Below, piece after piece: positions 24,951-37,255 of a DNA stretch of 64,000 nucleotides (position 1 is its first letter; each line of letters opens with the position of its first letter). The position numbers and the translations under genes were made by a program. The stretch comes from Hydrolagus colliei (taxonomy: Eukaryota), in assembly GCA_035084275.1 (NCBI GenBank), contig CM068755.1, forward strand, positions 3,534,001 to 3,598,000. The letters run 5' to 3'. Under the pieces are notes generated by a model. It saw only the letters and a list, made by a program, of their open reading frames with translations. It was not told where the DNA came from and searched no databases.

Positions 24951-26439
24951 TGTGCAATCATACGGTTTTTAGCTGGTGAAACTCCACAAATGTGCTGCAA
25001 GTTACACTCCAGAATCCTCAAGACTTTGCCAATCTGCTCCTAATATTCTCCGGCATTAGGAAGGCAATATGCGTCTCTCCAAGGAGAGAGCACACGTTTC
25101 TTTCCAGTCACAGACATTTTTAAATGTAACCAGTCTGGTCTGGTTTTTAAGTCCAAAAGAAAAGGAATAGCTACATTAAAAAGTCCTTTGATAAAAAGCT
25201 ACTTGGTTGGAATTCCACCTGGATCTAGATCTGCTCTTTTGATGTAAAATTTCAGAATGTCCGTCTATAATTTGCTAATATTTTAAATACATTTATTACA
25301 TTTCATTTCAAGCCAGTTTCGTGCAAGTTGCTTTTAACAACCACGGAAACCTGAGTTCATTGTTAATAACTAATAATCTTTGCATTAGGTATAGCACCTT
25401 ATCACATCGTTGAGATGTCTCAAAGTGTTTCACAGGATATACTGTAAAATAATAATAATCCTTACATTCGATATAGCATCTTTCACGTCTTACAGATATC
25501 TCAAAGTGCTTCACAGCATATACTCTAAAGTGAATTGACTGTAAATTTTGGGGTGAAATGTGGCAGCACACAGCAGCGTCCCACTGACGGTCGTAGATTG
25601 AATGTGTATTTTGTGGGTGAAACAGTTACGCACGGCAGTCGGTGTCCCACAAACAGTCATGGAGTGAGTGTCCTCTAATTTTATTTGAGGGATTGTTGGC
25701 CAGGGACTGGGAAAGAGAAAGTCCCTTCTCTTTAATGCCGCAGTATCTGTCACGTTCACCTGAACAGGTAGACGGGATCTTGGTTTAAGATAGAATGACT
25801 CGGGTAAATCAACATCTGATGACCACAATAGTCCAACATTGCATCAAATCATTCCATCACCAGCTCGCTTACAACAACAGCAAAAACAGCAAAATTACAT
25901 TTGTGACGTGCTTTTCACGTCTGGAGGCCATCCCAAGGCGCTGAACAGTTGGGGATCAAAACCCAAACATCGTGGTGGGGGGAGGGGGGTGGGGGGGGGA
26001 ACAGGGTTGGGATGAGGGAGGGCAGATAAACTGCTAAATTTACAATTACTAGGCAGTGATTTGCTGGTCAGTCTTACCTCAGCAAACGACCTGTGGATCT
26101 GCAGCTTCTTTGTTTGAACGCTTTTAACACTAATCACTGACACGTCTAATTTCGCACTGTCGGTGATTAGTTTTAACCCTCCCACCTGCGCTTGGAAAAA
26201 AGCTTGTTTTATTTTAACGCCGCGTTGAGTATATCAATGAGCATTTAATCCTCCTCTAAGACTGCCCACAGTGTCAGGACACTCAGTAACTTCACAGGAG
26301 AGAAATACACATTAATCAGATTAATTTATTACCCAGCTGATTTAAAAGCATCGAGTACAGAGCGCTTACTCACAGACCCTGAATAATGGAGCTCAGAATA
26401 GCGGTAAAATTGTGGGGGTTAATGTGTTGACCTTTTGGG

Positions 26440-26462
26440 GTGTGTGTGTGTGTGTGTGTGGT
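26440..26462 (+). repeat. (GT)n microsatellite, (CA)n on the CD276 sense strand
   Basis: Read directly; 125 nt downstream of the TM-exon donor. Confidence 0.95.
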
Positions 26463-26586
26463 GGGGTGGATGCCCTTCAGCTAATAAACATCAGGGCTGG
26501 CAGCGAAGGCGAGGGGGAGAATTTTAATGCCTCTAAGACTGAGACATGACAAATGTCGCAGCATCGCACTCAAAGCTCACACCCAC

Positions 26587-26721
26587 CTGCGTTGTCCTCC
26601 TTACAGCTCTGTTGGATTCGCCGTCTGCACACGTATCCCAGAGCCCCGAGGAGTCCCAGGAGACAGATGGAGAGGCCAATTGTCAACCACAAGGCCACCG
26701 CAGGGAAGTGTACATGCTGCC
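26587..26721 (-). CDS. CD276: CD276 transmembrane exon (135 nt, phase 1-1)
   Basis: GQHVHFPAVALWLTIGLSICLLGLLGALGYVCRRRIQQSCKEDNA vs human GQPMTFPPEALWVTVGLSVCLIALLVALAFVCWRKIKQSCEEENA. Acceptor tttctgtctattcag; donor CAG|gtgggt. Not in the ORF track; found by manual translation. Confidence 0.96.
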
Positions 26722-27024
26722 CTGAATAGACAGAAACACAAACCAGATGAGGAGAGACCAGAGGATCAAGTTACATTCCTGATGATGATGAAGAGAATCA
26801 TAATAATCTGCACGTTTCAGGTAATGCCTTATCAGGTCTTTGAGACGTCTCTAAGCCCTTCACAGAATATACTGTAAAGGGCATATTTCCGGTGTATTTT
26901 CTTATCGTTACGATGATGGCCCTCCTCGCTCAGGCTGTTATTTCTGCATCTGTTTGCTTTCTTGGGAAGAGAGTTCAGTAAAGTCTCAAGAAATTGAGTA
27001 GCACAATCTTTTAAGATATCTGAG

Positions 27025-27350
27025 CTCTTGCAGTTCAGTGGTTAGAGCATTCGCCATACAAGCATGAGACCTGTGTTCGAATCCAGGCAGGTCAGGGCAA
27101 AACCTTGGGCAAGTTTCCTTACTCCACACGCCTAATAATAATTCCATTAAAAAAAAACACAATAACAAAATTGGTCATTTCAATCCATGATTGTTTGTGG
27201 GACAAGGCTGTGCGCAAGTGGCTGCTGTATTTCACCCACAAATTTTCAATTCACTTTTCAGTATACAGTATTCTGCGAAGCACTTTGAGACGTCGATAAG
27301 ATGTGAAAAGTGCTATATCAAATGCAAGGATTATTATTATTATTATTATT
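27025..27350 (+). mobile_element. SINE-A short variant, full length
   Basis: cagttcagtggttagagc...gttcgaatccagg...gcaaggattattattattattattatt. Confidence 0.93.
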
Positions 27351-27574
27351 TTTCCTCTCGTTGCCATTTTTGCCCGTGCTCTCACTCATTCCAAGCTGAG
27401 CTGTGTTGCCCACCTGGAAACGTATAGAAAGTTCCTGGTACCTACCATCCATCTAGTGAGGGCTTGTTGGATATCAAATGACCAAATAATGATTATCCTC
27501 CTTTGAGGGAAGGCAAGCAGAGTCTGACCTGACCTGCTTGACAACAGAATGTCGGAATCGAGCCCACCCTCATG

Positions 27575-27765
27575 TAGTGGTCTCCAGTCCGGTTCCTGAG
27601 CCAAGCGGGTCTGCGGTATTCCAGGGCATTGATGATAACAGCACAGCCCAGCCTGGCTCATCAGCAGGACATCGAGGGACAGATCAGTCACTGGGGGAAA
27701 AGGGTATTCCCACTCAGCTGCTCCCATTAACCCCTGCAAATCAAGCCCTAAAGGGTAGGGAAGTG
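27575..27765 (+). repeat. Unclassified old repeat, LF-SINE-like segment (other copies 24618-24760 + and 12375-12500 mixed orientation)
   Basis: gtggtctccagtccggttcctgagcc...ccagcctggctcatcagcaggac shared with 24618-24760; gccctaaagggta shared with 12411-12424. Confidence 0.6.
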
Positions 27766-28917
27766 CAAGATGCCGATAATAATCTTGCATTTGATGTAGC
27801 AGTTTATTATTTCTCAAAGCGTTTCACACAGGATAAAGCGTAAAGTGCAGTGAGCCTGCCTTTTGTAGGTGAACAGGGCAACCAATTTGCACGCAGCCGT
27901 GTCAGGCAAACAGTCATGATGTGAATGACTAATTTAATCTGGGCGGATTGTTGGGCAGGACACTGGGACAGAGAAACTCCCTTTTCTTTTCAAATAGCGC
28001 CTTAGGATATTTAAACATTCACTTGCACAGGCCGAGATAGGGCCTGGATCTGACGTCTCAGCTGAAGGACAGCCCATCTGATCCCTCAACAATGCAGCCT
28101 GGACTGTGTCTCCAGACCCGATGTGTGGATGATGTTCTTTAAAAGATGTGGTTGAGGAGCAAGATTGCTATGGTTACGGTGGGAGAGGTTTGCTTTGCAG
28201 TTGACGGATAGATTGGCGGCTTACTATCCCACGATGTAGATGCAGTTGGGGAATTAAAAGTCACGTGTGGGTGTATATAGGACTGTGATGCCAGGGTTCT
28301 CCCCAAGCATAGCAGGCTCGGAGCCAAGGCACTCAACCTTTGCATGTGGAATCTCAGTCACACACGCAGTCGTACGTTTGCTGCCTGCCCTGCGCAATAC
28401 AGGCTGTGGGACCTGGTGAACAATTCCTAGATCAGTTGGTATCAAGAAAGCCCTTCAGCCCATTTGATCTTGTTCCTCCAGAATACCAACCCTACGGCCT
28501 GCTCATTGCAGCCTCTAGCTGGAGTTTAAATGACTTACAATAATAATAATTATCATTAATAATAATAATGAAAATGTAACTGTAGTTTGCCAGTGAAAAT
28601 GGGCAGTATGGACCGTTCTACTAATGGCAATGAACAAAGCAGTATAAAACATCTGTACAGAAAATAGTGTGTTCTTACAATGCTTCTATTCAGTGGAACA
28701 GCCAGCATTCCATTTGGCTGCCAGTTAACTTACTGCTACTCAGATAGACCTCATCAGTGTCAAATTAAAGCCAGTGTATATTGTACTGTGGGCATCCATA
28801 GATCAGAAGCTGAGCTGACAGCCCCAAATATATCTCAACAATATTGTAGAGCCAAAGCAAATAGAACTATGAGATGAGATTGAACTGGTTTGTTCATTTG
28901 CATTCAGAGAATCATCC

Positions 28918-29352
28918 CCATACTGTAGCTCAGTGGTTAGAGCATTAGTATACAAGCTAGAAACCTGGGTTCAATCCCAGGCAGGGCAAAACCTTGGGCA
29001 AGTTTCCTTACTCTACAAGCCTAATAATAATCCCTCAATAAAAACAATAATAAATTGGTCATTTCAATCCACGACTGTTTGTGGGGACACTGCTGTGCGC
29101 AATTGGTTGCCGCGTTTCGCCTACAAATATACAACAACTTTGATTTATATAAAGCCCTCCATGCCAGACTGCGTCTCAGAGCGCTTCACAGTAGCAGATC
29201 CCGGGAACAAGCCAGGGGCAAGAGTAGAAAGGTGATCAAAGGCGCGGTTTACAGTCAATACAGTCAATTCACTGCACATTCTGTGAAGCGCTTTGAGATC
29301 GTCTAGAATACGTGAAAAGTACTATATCAAATGCAAGGATGATTATCTTTAT
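28918..29352 (+). mobile_element. SINE-A short variant with nested L2b tail
   Basis: tgtagctcagtggttagagc...gttcaatcccagg head and complete tail. Confidence 0.92.
29134..29249 (-). mobile_element. L2b 3' tail nested in a SINE
   Basis: Reverse complement of the 52410-52520 tail; splits the SINE at aatataca|gtcaa. Confidence 0.8.
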
Positions 29353-30254
29353 TAGAGTGCCCCTCAGGCAGGACAGCAGCCCAGAGGCCTCGAATTAGTT
29401 GGTTATTTCACTTTGTTTTGCTACTTGTTAAAAAAAACCGTAAACAAAACTTAAGAAGATTTTGTCATATCAATCGAGAAAAAACATAAATAGAAATGAA
29501 CTGCAATCAATTGCTCATTAGTTGGTGACTGGAGTAAGCGTCTCTGTGTGCAGGTTGACGAGTGGCAATTTTCTCCCCCAACTCTTTTGCAATGCAAAAC
29601 GTGCCGTTTTTCCCAAATCCTTCAGCCCCAGTTGCCAACGATTTAATTAACTGCACAGTGACAACATCCCAAAATGTGTTGTTTAAAGGATGACATACTA
29701 ATAGAGCTAATTGGTACTTTAATAAAATGGGTTCCTGTTTCCCTAATCACTGCACACAGTAAACAGAGACACCGTGCTGGCTGTTCAATAATATTTTGCG
29801 TCTTTTTTGTATCATCAGCCGTTATTCTGATTTTTAATGAGTCTCTCAATGGTGCGAGTGATACTCTGTCCCTGCCTCAATGACAAGTAGTTGATGTCTG
29901 TCGGCTACAAAATAACTGTTCCCTCAGTACTTCCATAGGACTTGGTATGTGGAGAGGGAAGGGAAGGTTATGGCTGTTTGCTATGTGCAGGTGTTTGGCC
30001 AAAAAACACAGTCGCCACGCTTTGCAGTATAATAATTTTACAGTATATTCCTGTGAATTGCTTTGAGATGTCTCACCACAGTGATAAGACACTGTATCAA
30101 ATGCAAAGATTGTTATTATTATTACAAGAAAACAAGAGTAAGAGCGGAGTGCCCTTCGAGAGGCTAATGCTGAGGAGTTTTGCGAAGATTCAAAGTTGGC
30201 TGAAGGCTTATAATTTGGATTTGATGAGTTTTTAACGGGAGCCTTGCTAAGTTT

Positions 30255-30580
30255 CTGGGGGCCTGCTCCGCGTCCATCGCCCTAACTGCCGCAACTTTGG
30301 TGGCTAGGCTTTCAGCCTCTCTGCTCCCACACCGTGGAACTCTATCTCATCTCACAATACCTTCGCCTCTTTCCTTCTTCAAGGCTGGTCTCAAGACCTT
30401 CCTCTTCGACCGTGCCTTCTGCTCCCCTCCTAACTCTTTCACCTCTCCTACTCTCCTTCCCCTTCCCTCTACCCTGACCCTTCCCCCACTGCTTGGGTCC
30501 TGACCCGATTTTTCAGCGCTTTGGGATGTCCTCCAGGCGTGAAAGGCATTATATAAATGTAATTTTGTTGTTGTTGTTGA
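30255..30580 (+). mobile_element. L2 LINE 3' fragment
   Basis: ttcaaggctggtctcaagaccttcctcttcgaccgtgcc and the L2a tail with (TTG)n. Confidence 0.87.
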
Positions 30581-31465
30581 AATAGGATCATGGGGACATT
30601 AGAAGTCATCGGAGAGTGTTATCATGCGTGCCGTGCACCTCTATCAGGAAGAGTTGTCAGAGAAAATGATGGACTTGCGTGGAGAAGGGAGTCTGTGGTG
30701 ACGTCCCACTTCATGCCCGACATCAGAAAAATGCTCTAGAACTGGTAGTTCTTAGCTCCAATAGTGCAGCCCTCCTCCACTCCTCTGACATTGGAGGACC
30801 AGCCTGCACTATATAGTGGCTTCAACCCACAACCTTCTCATTCAGAGGCGAGATGGGGCTGCAAATGAAGCTAGGCCGACAAACACATTCATAAGGTTCC
30901 TGTATTAGAGAAAGCTAAAAGATCGTGAATACTCTTAATAGTCCAAATGAGATATTACGCAATTCTACTGGCGCGGTTATTTACTGTATAACCACGCCAT
31001 TAAGCTTTGATTTAGAAGCCTTCAGACTCGGGGGTAACCATAGCGACACAAGTTAATTATCTTAGTTAGAGAATCAAGCAGAGTGTGGAGTTTGGGGAGA
31101 AAGGCAATCACTGTAACTGCAGTCAGGTGTGGTATTAACAAATGGGTTTAATATTCCCAGACATGATTAATTTCAACTCCCTGCTGTAATATATGACATT
31201 TTTCATTGCATATCGCTGCATCATTTTGTGTCGCTTATTTTATTACAATAATGATTACTACGAGCATTTTATTCCTCCTCACTATTGTAGACGGAATACT
31301 TGAACAGAGTGACCACTCTCTGGCAGAATTTCACATATTCCGTTCCCTGTGTAAATTAGCCTCGTGTTTGATCCAAACCCGTTCACGTCGGGGGGACATA
31401 TCAAAGGACGTCGCAGGGTTTGCTGTAAGGTGGAACCACTCTTTATTTTGTAAGTGAACACGTGG

Positions 31466-31806
31466 AGTCCGGTAGCTCAGTGGTTAGAGCACTCGACTTG
31501 CAAGTGTTGAGACCTGTGTTTTGAATCCAAGCAGGTCAGGGGGTGAAACCTTGGGTAAGTTTCCTTGCTCCACACGCCTAATAATAATCCGTCCAAAACA
31601 GAAACCTATCAATAAATTGGTCATTTCAATCCACGACTGTTTGTGGGGACACTGCTGTGTGCAATTGGCTGTCGCGTTTTGTCCACAAGTATATATAGTC
31701 AATTCACTTTACAGTATATTCTATGAAGCGCTTTGAGACAGCTAGAAGACGTGAAAAGTGCTCTGTCAAATGCAAGGATTATGATTATTATTATTATGAT
31801 TATTAT
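31466..31806 (+). mobile_element. SINE-A short variant, full length
   Basis: ggtagctcagtggttagagcactcgacttgcaag head and L2-type tail. Confidence 0.93.
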
Positions 31807-33607
31807 GACAGCTAATTTGCTCACAGCTATGTCCCACAAATGGCTAGGAAGCGAGTGACCAATTTACCTAGTGATTGTTGGTCCAGACACTATTGGTCCT
31901 CCAACCCCTTGCCCTCCATTTCTCTCTGATCCCAATTCATAGCTCAGGCACAAACCCCACATTGTCCATTGCTCCTTGGGAATTCCTCTAAGGTGCTGTA
32001 CAAACACAATTTGTTGTTGTTATTTACGGTGATCCAGACACTGAGAGAATCTCGGTTTGGCATCTCATCTGAACGACCAACACACCTTGATACAGTATAT
32101 CCCTTTAATGACAGCAGCAAAAAAAATCCATCACCAAATAATGTTATTCGGTCAATGTGACGTTTTTTTCTCACTTTGAGTCCCAAACTCAGAGAGTCCT
32201 TCGCCTTTACCTCTCGCCAACCAGTTTCCAAAATTTCCATACTAATGCCGAACTCTTATTAGTTTGTTTTGGAGACTTGCAAGTACAGCAATGGGTTTTT
32301 ACTTGTATCACATGCATGACTGACACCAAAAAATAATGTGCATGACTTTCCTCGTCTCTTATCTACACAGAGGTGTACTGCACAGGTGTTAGATTTGTGT
32401 TGCTCGACAACAGATTCCATCAGAATTGGAGAGAACTCCCACAGACCCTGAGGCATAGTTGCCTCCTATTCAGCAACTAGGGAACAGTTAAGGACAAAGA
32501 AACATCTGATTACTATTTGGTGATTAAAGTGTTCAGGCAGGGTGCACTGGTGTGACAATCTTCTTTCAACCTCAGGTCTAATTAACAGGCTTACAGATCT
32601 GCACCCAATAATTCAGGCAGTGCCTTTGATTAGAACAACAGGATCTTGCATTTAAATAGTTAGTTACCATACCAACCTGTCTGCTCCCTCCACTCGGCGG
32701 GCGCTGGTCTGCTTTATATCCCTTTCTCTGTCAGTCCCACCTTTGGCAGTCAGGCCTTCATCCATTCTGCCCCACCCCCTGGAACTCAATCTGTGCAACT
32801 CCTCATGCCTTGTCCCCTCCCTTTCCTCCTTTAAGGCCCTTCTCCAGACCTTCCTCTCTAATCCTCAGCAGCGACAACAACTTGCATTGAGCGTCCGGGG
32901 GCAGACCAGTCACTGGGGCAGAGATTGTTCCTTCTCCATTCCTAACGGATACGATAGCAAAGAAATGGGTCATTTGTGAAACCGTGCTTTCAGCCACTGC
33001 GCAGCAAAACTCTGGAACCCTCTCCCTGAAACCCTCTGCCTTTTCCCTTCCCTCAACACCTTCAAATCCCACTTCAAGACTTTTCTTTCGGATTGTGCTA
33101 ATGGTCACCTCCCCAGTCCCTCTCCCCCTGGCTCAGGGTCAGACTCCACCACTGTCGGGTGTAGGTTGCTACATAGATGCAAGTTGTTGTCATTGTTGTT
33201 GGCGGTGTATTTTCCAGGCGTTGCCTGGGGTGCTAGCAACCTCACCCACAAAATACATACAGTCGCATGACTTTACAGTAAGGAAACTTGCCCTTCACGT
33301 GAGTCAAGCTACGAAGCACTTTGAGATGTCTAGACGAACTAATAAACCTCTTTGTCAAAATCAAAGCTCACTATCATAATCTGAAAACTCCAGATTTCTT
33401 TTAATGAAACGCATTTTAATGGGTGGTTGAACCTGCAAACCTCTCACTTTTACTGCCTCTGCCCACTTTATTCCATCGGGACATTTTGTCATTTCTCTTT
33501 TGGTTGGTGATGCATACCTTATAGAAAAATAGAATTCAGGAGCGATGGCGGTGGAAGGCAGGTTTTTAATTCATTCTGAAATCTTATCTCCTTTCAATGT
33601 CAATTGA

Positions 33608-33935
33608 GCAACAATAAAACGCATTTGATATAGTGCCTTATCACGTCTTCTAGACGTCTCAAGGTGCTTCACAGAATATGCTGTAAAGTGAATTGACTGT
33701 ATGTTTTGTGGGTGAAACGCAGCAGCCAATTGCGCACAGCATATATTTTTAATATTGTTTGGGGGAATATTTTTAAAACAAATTGTTATCCCCGCAAAGT
33801 GATCCGCCTATCGATTACCAACCAGGTTCTTGTATACCGCTAGGAGAACAGAGGCATATGGAGTAAGGAAACACAGCCAACCATTTGCCCAACTGGGGAA
33901 CAAACCCAGGTCCTCTTGCTTGCTAGGCGAGCGGC
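33608..33935 (-). mobile_element. SINE-A long variant
   Basis: Tail, long internal segment, head gaacaaacccaggtcctcttgcttgctaggcgag. Confidence 0.85.
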
Positions 33936-34351
33936 TCTGAAGATACCAGAATTTTGAACCTCTCGCTTGCACTTTGTGTTTAGAACAAAGAGTTCAACCC
34001 TGCTTTACCTCCTGACAATGGAAGCGCTGTCACTGGGTTAATGGCTTCAATATTTGCTCTGGTATTTTAAACCTTGCATTGATATAGCGCCTTTGAAGTC
34101 AGAAGTTTGTCTCGAGGCACTTTACAGGATTCGGTTTTATTTTTTGGAGGTTTTTTTTTGTTAGGCAAACACAGCAGCTAGTTTGCCCGCAGCAGTGTCC
34201 CACAAACTGCCACAAGCAGAGAGAAACTCCCTTTCTTTTTCGAAAAGCATGCGATTCTTTAACGTCAACCTGAACAAGCAGATGGGACCTCGGTTTAAAG
34301 TCTCATCTTCAGGATGGCACCTCTCATAGAGCAGCAATGTCTTTAATGACA

Positions 34352-34685
34352 AATAATAATCCTTGCATTTGATATAGCGTCATATAATGTCTTTGAGATG
34401 TCTCAAAGTGATTCGCAGAATATACTGGAAAGTGAATTGACTGTTTATTTTGTGGGCGAAATGGGCAGCCAATTGCGCACGGCAGTGTCCCACAAACAGT
34501 CGTGTCCAAATATTTTTGAAGGGAATATTAGCTACAAAAAGCAATCCGCCAATCAACCAACAAGCGGGTTCCTTTTTACTGCCATGTAAATAGAAGTGTG
34601 TTGAGTAAGGAAACTTGCCTATGGTTTAACCACTTACAGGAATCAAACCCAGGTCCTCTCACTAGTGAGGCAAGTGTGCTTGAGT
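34352..34685 (-). mobile_element. SINE-A long variant
   Basis: Tail to head ggaatcaaacccaggtcctctcactagtgaggcaag. Confidence 0.85.
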
Positions 34686-35131
34686 GCGTGAGGCACTACA
34701 CTGCGAGACTCCAAAGTCCTTCCATTCCCCAACCCCCGCTCCCGAGGACATTTGAGGATCATCTCTGACTCAGTGTTTATGATGAGAAATCAGATCTGCC
34801 ATGCAGAGTTTGCTGGTTTTAGTGATCGCTGGTGTTCAATAGAGGCCATGCTTTCATGCAAGAGTGTTTGGAAAACAAGTGGGTACTGGAGGTTGAGAAG
34901 TAAGCCAAGCCAAATGAAAGCTTTGCATTGCCTTTATTGTTATGGTGAACCCTTCCTTTGATGGCATTGTTCCACCCACTCCTTTCTGGATGATACTGTG
35001 TGATGCAGTACAGTGTTCACTGCTCCTAGCTATCTTGTCTATTGAATCCCCCGTGATTTGGCTCATTTGAACTCCGTCTCAGCTCCTTGAGTGAATAAAT
35101 AGTGATAGTCCTTGCATTTGGAACATCAATA

Positions 35132-35480
35132 AGAAACAACAACAGATTATATTTGTATAGTGCCTTTCAAGTCTGGAGGACGTCCCAAGGCACTGGACAA
35201 TCAGGGATCTGCACCTAGATCGAAGGCATGGTGAACGAGGAGGATCTTGAGATGGGTATTGATGGAGGCAAGGGAGGGTGTGAGGTGGAGGGACTGTGGA
35301 TGGAGTTCCAGAGGATTGGGGCAGAGAGGCTACAGGTCGCCAGCCAATGATGGGGCGGGCAAGGAAGTGGACATGAAGCAGGCCGGAGCCCGCTGACCAG
35401 AGGGAGCGGACATGTTGGTAGGATATTAGGAGGTCAATGAGGTAGGAAGGAGCAAGACCTTAAAGGGCTTTTAAGCGCCT
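35132..35480 (-). mobile_element. L2 LINE 3' fragment
   Basis: aacaacaacagattatatttgtatagtgcctttcaagtctggaggacgtcccaagg tail and decayed ORF2 end. Confidence 0.85.
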
Positions 35481-35509
35481 AACACTGAAAGCTCTTTATT
35501 GTAATTAAT

Positions 35510-35790
35510 GTTAAACGTAATGATTGTGTATTTTGTAGGCAAACACAGCAGCCAATATCCGACAATCAGCAATAAAATCCCTTCTGTTTTTGAATAGTCC
35601 CAAGGAATCTATAATATCTACCTGAATAGACAGATTTAAATTCATCTTCTCTTCCGAAGGGCTGTGCCTCTGACAATGCAGTGCTCCCCCCAGCACAGCA
35701 CTGAAGTGTCAGCCTCGACTGTAAGTTCAAAGTTCCAAAGTGAGGCGTGAACTCACAATCGACTGACCTGAAGGCCAAAGTGCTACCAAA
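35510..35790 (-). mobile_element. Deu-domain SINE (SINE-B)
   Basis: Deu core and head on minus. Confidence 0.8.
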
Positions 35791-36793
35791 TCAGCTGCCG
35801 TGTCCTCTCCCTTCATACTGCTTCTTCTGACTTATTGGATCCATACAGAATAATTGCTAACCCGAAAAATGTTAGCAGATTACAGCGCCATCAATACACA
35901 TTGATCCAAAACATTTCCAATGTAGTTTCTGCAGTTGTCAAGGACCTTAGCCTAGCTTCCACACCGTGGAAAAACTCAAGCACTTTGGGCTTGGTTAGGC
36001 CTACTATTAATTGTTAATTGTCACCACAATACGCTGAAGCCCCGGTCTCAAACGTGCCCCCGCACCTCCTGCCCCAAAGCGACATTTCTCTATCCCGCAA
36101 AATGAAATGATCAATTTAGACTTTTAACTGCACCTTTAGCCACTTTCCTAAAGTGCCCTGATGTGTCCTAATGTAATTTGTTGAAGTTGAATGCACCTTG
36201 GAATGCCTTCCTGACAGAAGAACGGAAGAACAGAAGAATTCCCTCGCTGAGAAAAGACTGAGGTCGGTGCTCTAACTACTGAGCTACGCGGCTCCACCAA
36301 TCCAATGCAATGATTATTATATTATCATTATTCGCAAGTGTCCTTGTGCGTTTACTGCCTCAATGCCTCTGTTAAGAAGTCCAATCCCTGTGTTCCCGGG
36401 ACACCTGTGAATTACTTGCTTTCCAGTGTTATCATCAAGTCTCTGTAGTGCATTTGAAACCCTGGTTAATTTACTGCCAAAGTAGCTGTGCTGCACTAAT
36501 AGAAGGGCCATAGGGAGGTATGGCTGTATTCCTTCAAGATAATTTGTTGGGAATGCAGCAGGGGGGGTAAATTAATTGGATATTAAAGTGAAAGTGAGGC
36601 AATGGAGATAATTTCAGAGGACACACGTCTTCTCATCTGTTGTAAGCAACCTCGCTTTTCATCAGCTTTCAATTGCATTTGCACAGCAGGCTCTGAAGGT
36701 GATCAATTATTGAAGCGCTATTGTTTCCGATGTTCGGCAGCTGTTAATGAACGGGGGTAGAAATTTCACCCTGGTCTAGATTTACTTGATTAA

Positions 36794-37182
36794 CATGGCT
36801 CAGTCGATAGCGGTCTCGCCTCCGAGGCAGAAATTTGTCAGCTCAAAGCCCTGCATTGGGACTTTGAGCTCATGTGGCTGACACTCCAATGCAGCGCTGG
36901 GGGAGGGCTGCGTTGTCGGAGGTGCCATCTTTGGATGAGATGCTAAACCAAATTCCTGTCTGCCTATGCAGGTGGATGTGAAAGATTTCATGGTGCTACT
37001 TGAGAAGAGAAAAGTGTTTCCTCATGTCTTGGCTAGCGATTCCACAGATCATTCACTTCATGGCTGCTTATGGGACATTGTACTGCCCAAATAACCTGTC
37101 GTGTTTGCCTAGAGGTATAGTCGCGAAACTTTGAAGTGTCCTCCTGACAGGAAAATCAATATAAAAATGCAAGGATTATTAC
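36794..37182 (+). mobile_element. Deu-domain SINE (SINE-B), near complete
   Basis: tggctcagtcgatagc head; gcgttgtcggaggtgccatctttggatgagatgctaaacc Deu core; L2-type tail. Confidence 0.87.
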
Positions 37183-37255
37183 ATGTGGTTCTGAATTCTT
37201 ATATCCAGTGTTAATTTGGAAGCAGGGTTTCTGAAGCTATTCACGTGTTTCTGAA

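Noticed and set aside
25975-26020. G-quadruplex-capable tracts (also about 15000-15070, 42228-42265, 47966, 48456)
   Set aside because: Mostly L2 3' low-complexity or homopolymer runs; nothing indicates function.
25895-26185. Minus-strand ORF with strong donor GAG|GTAAGA at 26077
   Set aside because: Phase 0 in the open frame, no homology to the B7-H3 tail, no convincing acceptor.
26607-26725. Apparent plus-strand terminal exon after cctccttacag
   Set aside because: It is the antisense mirror of the CD276 TM exon.
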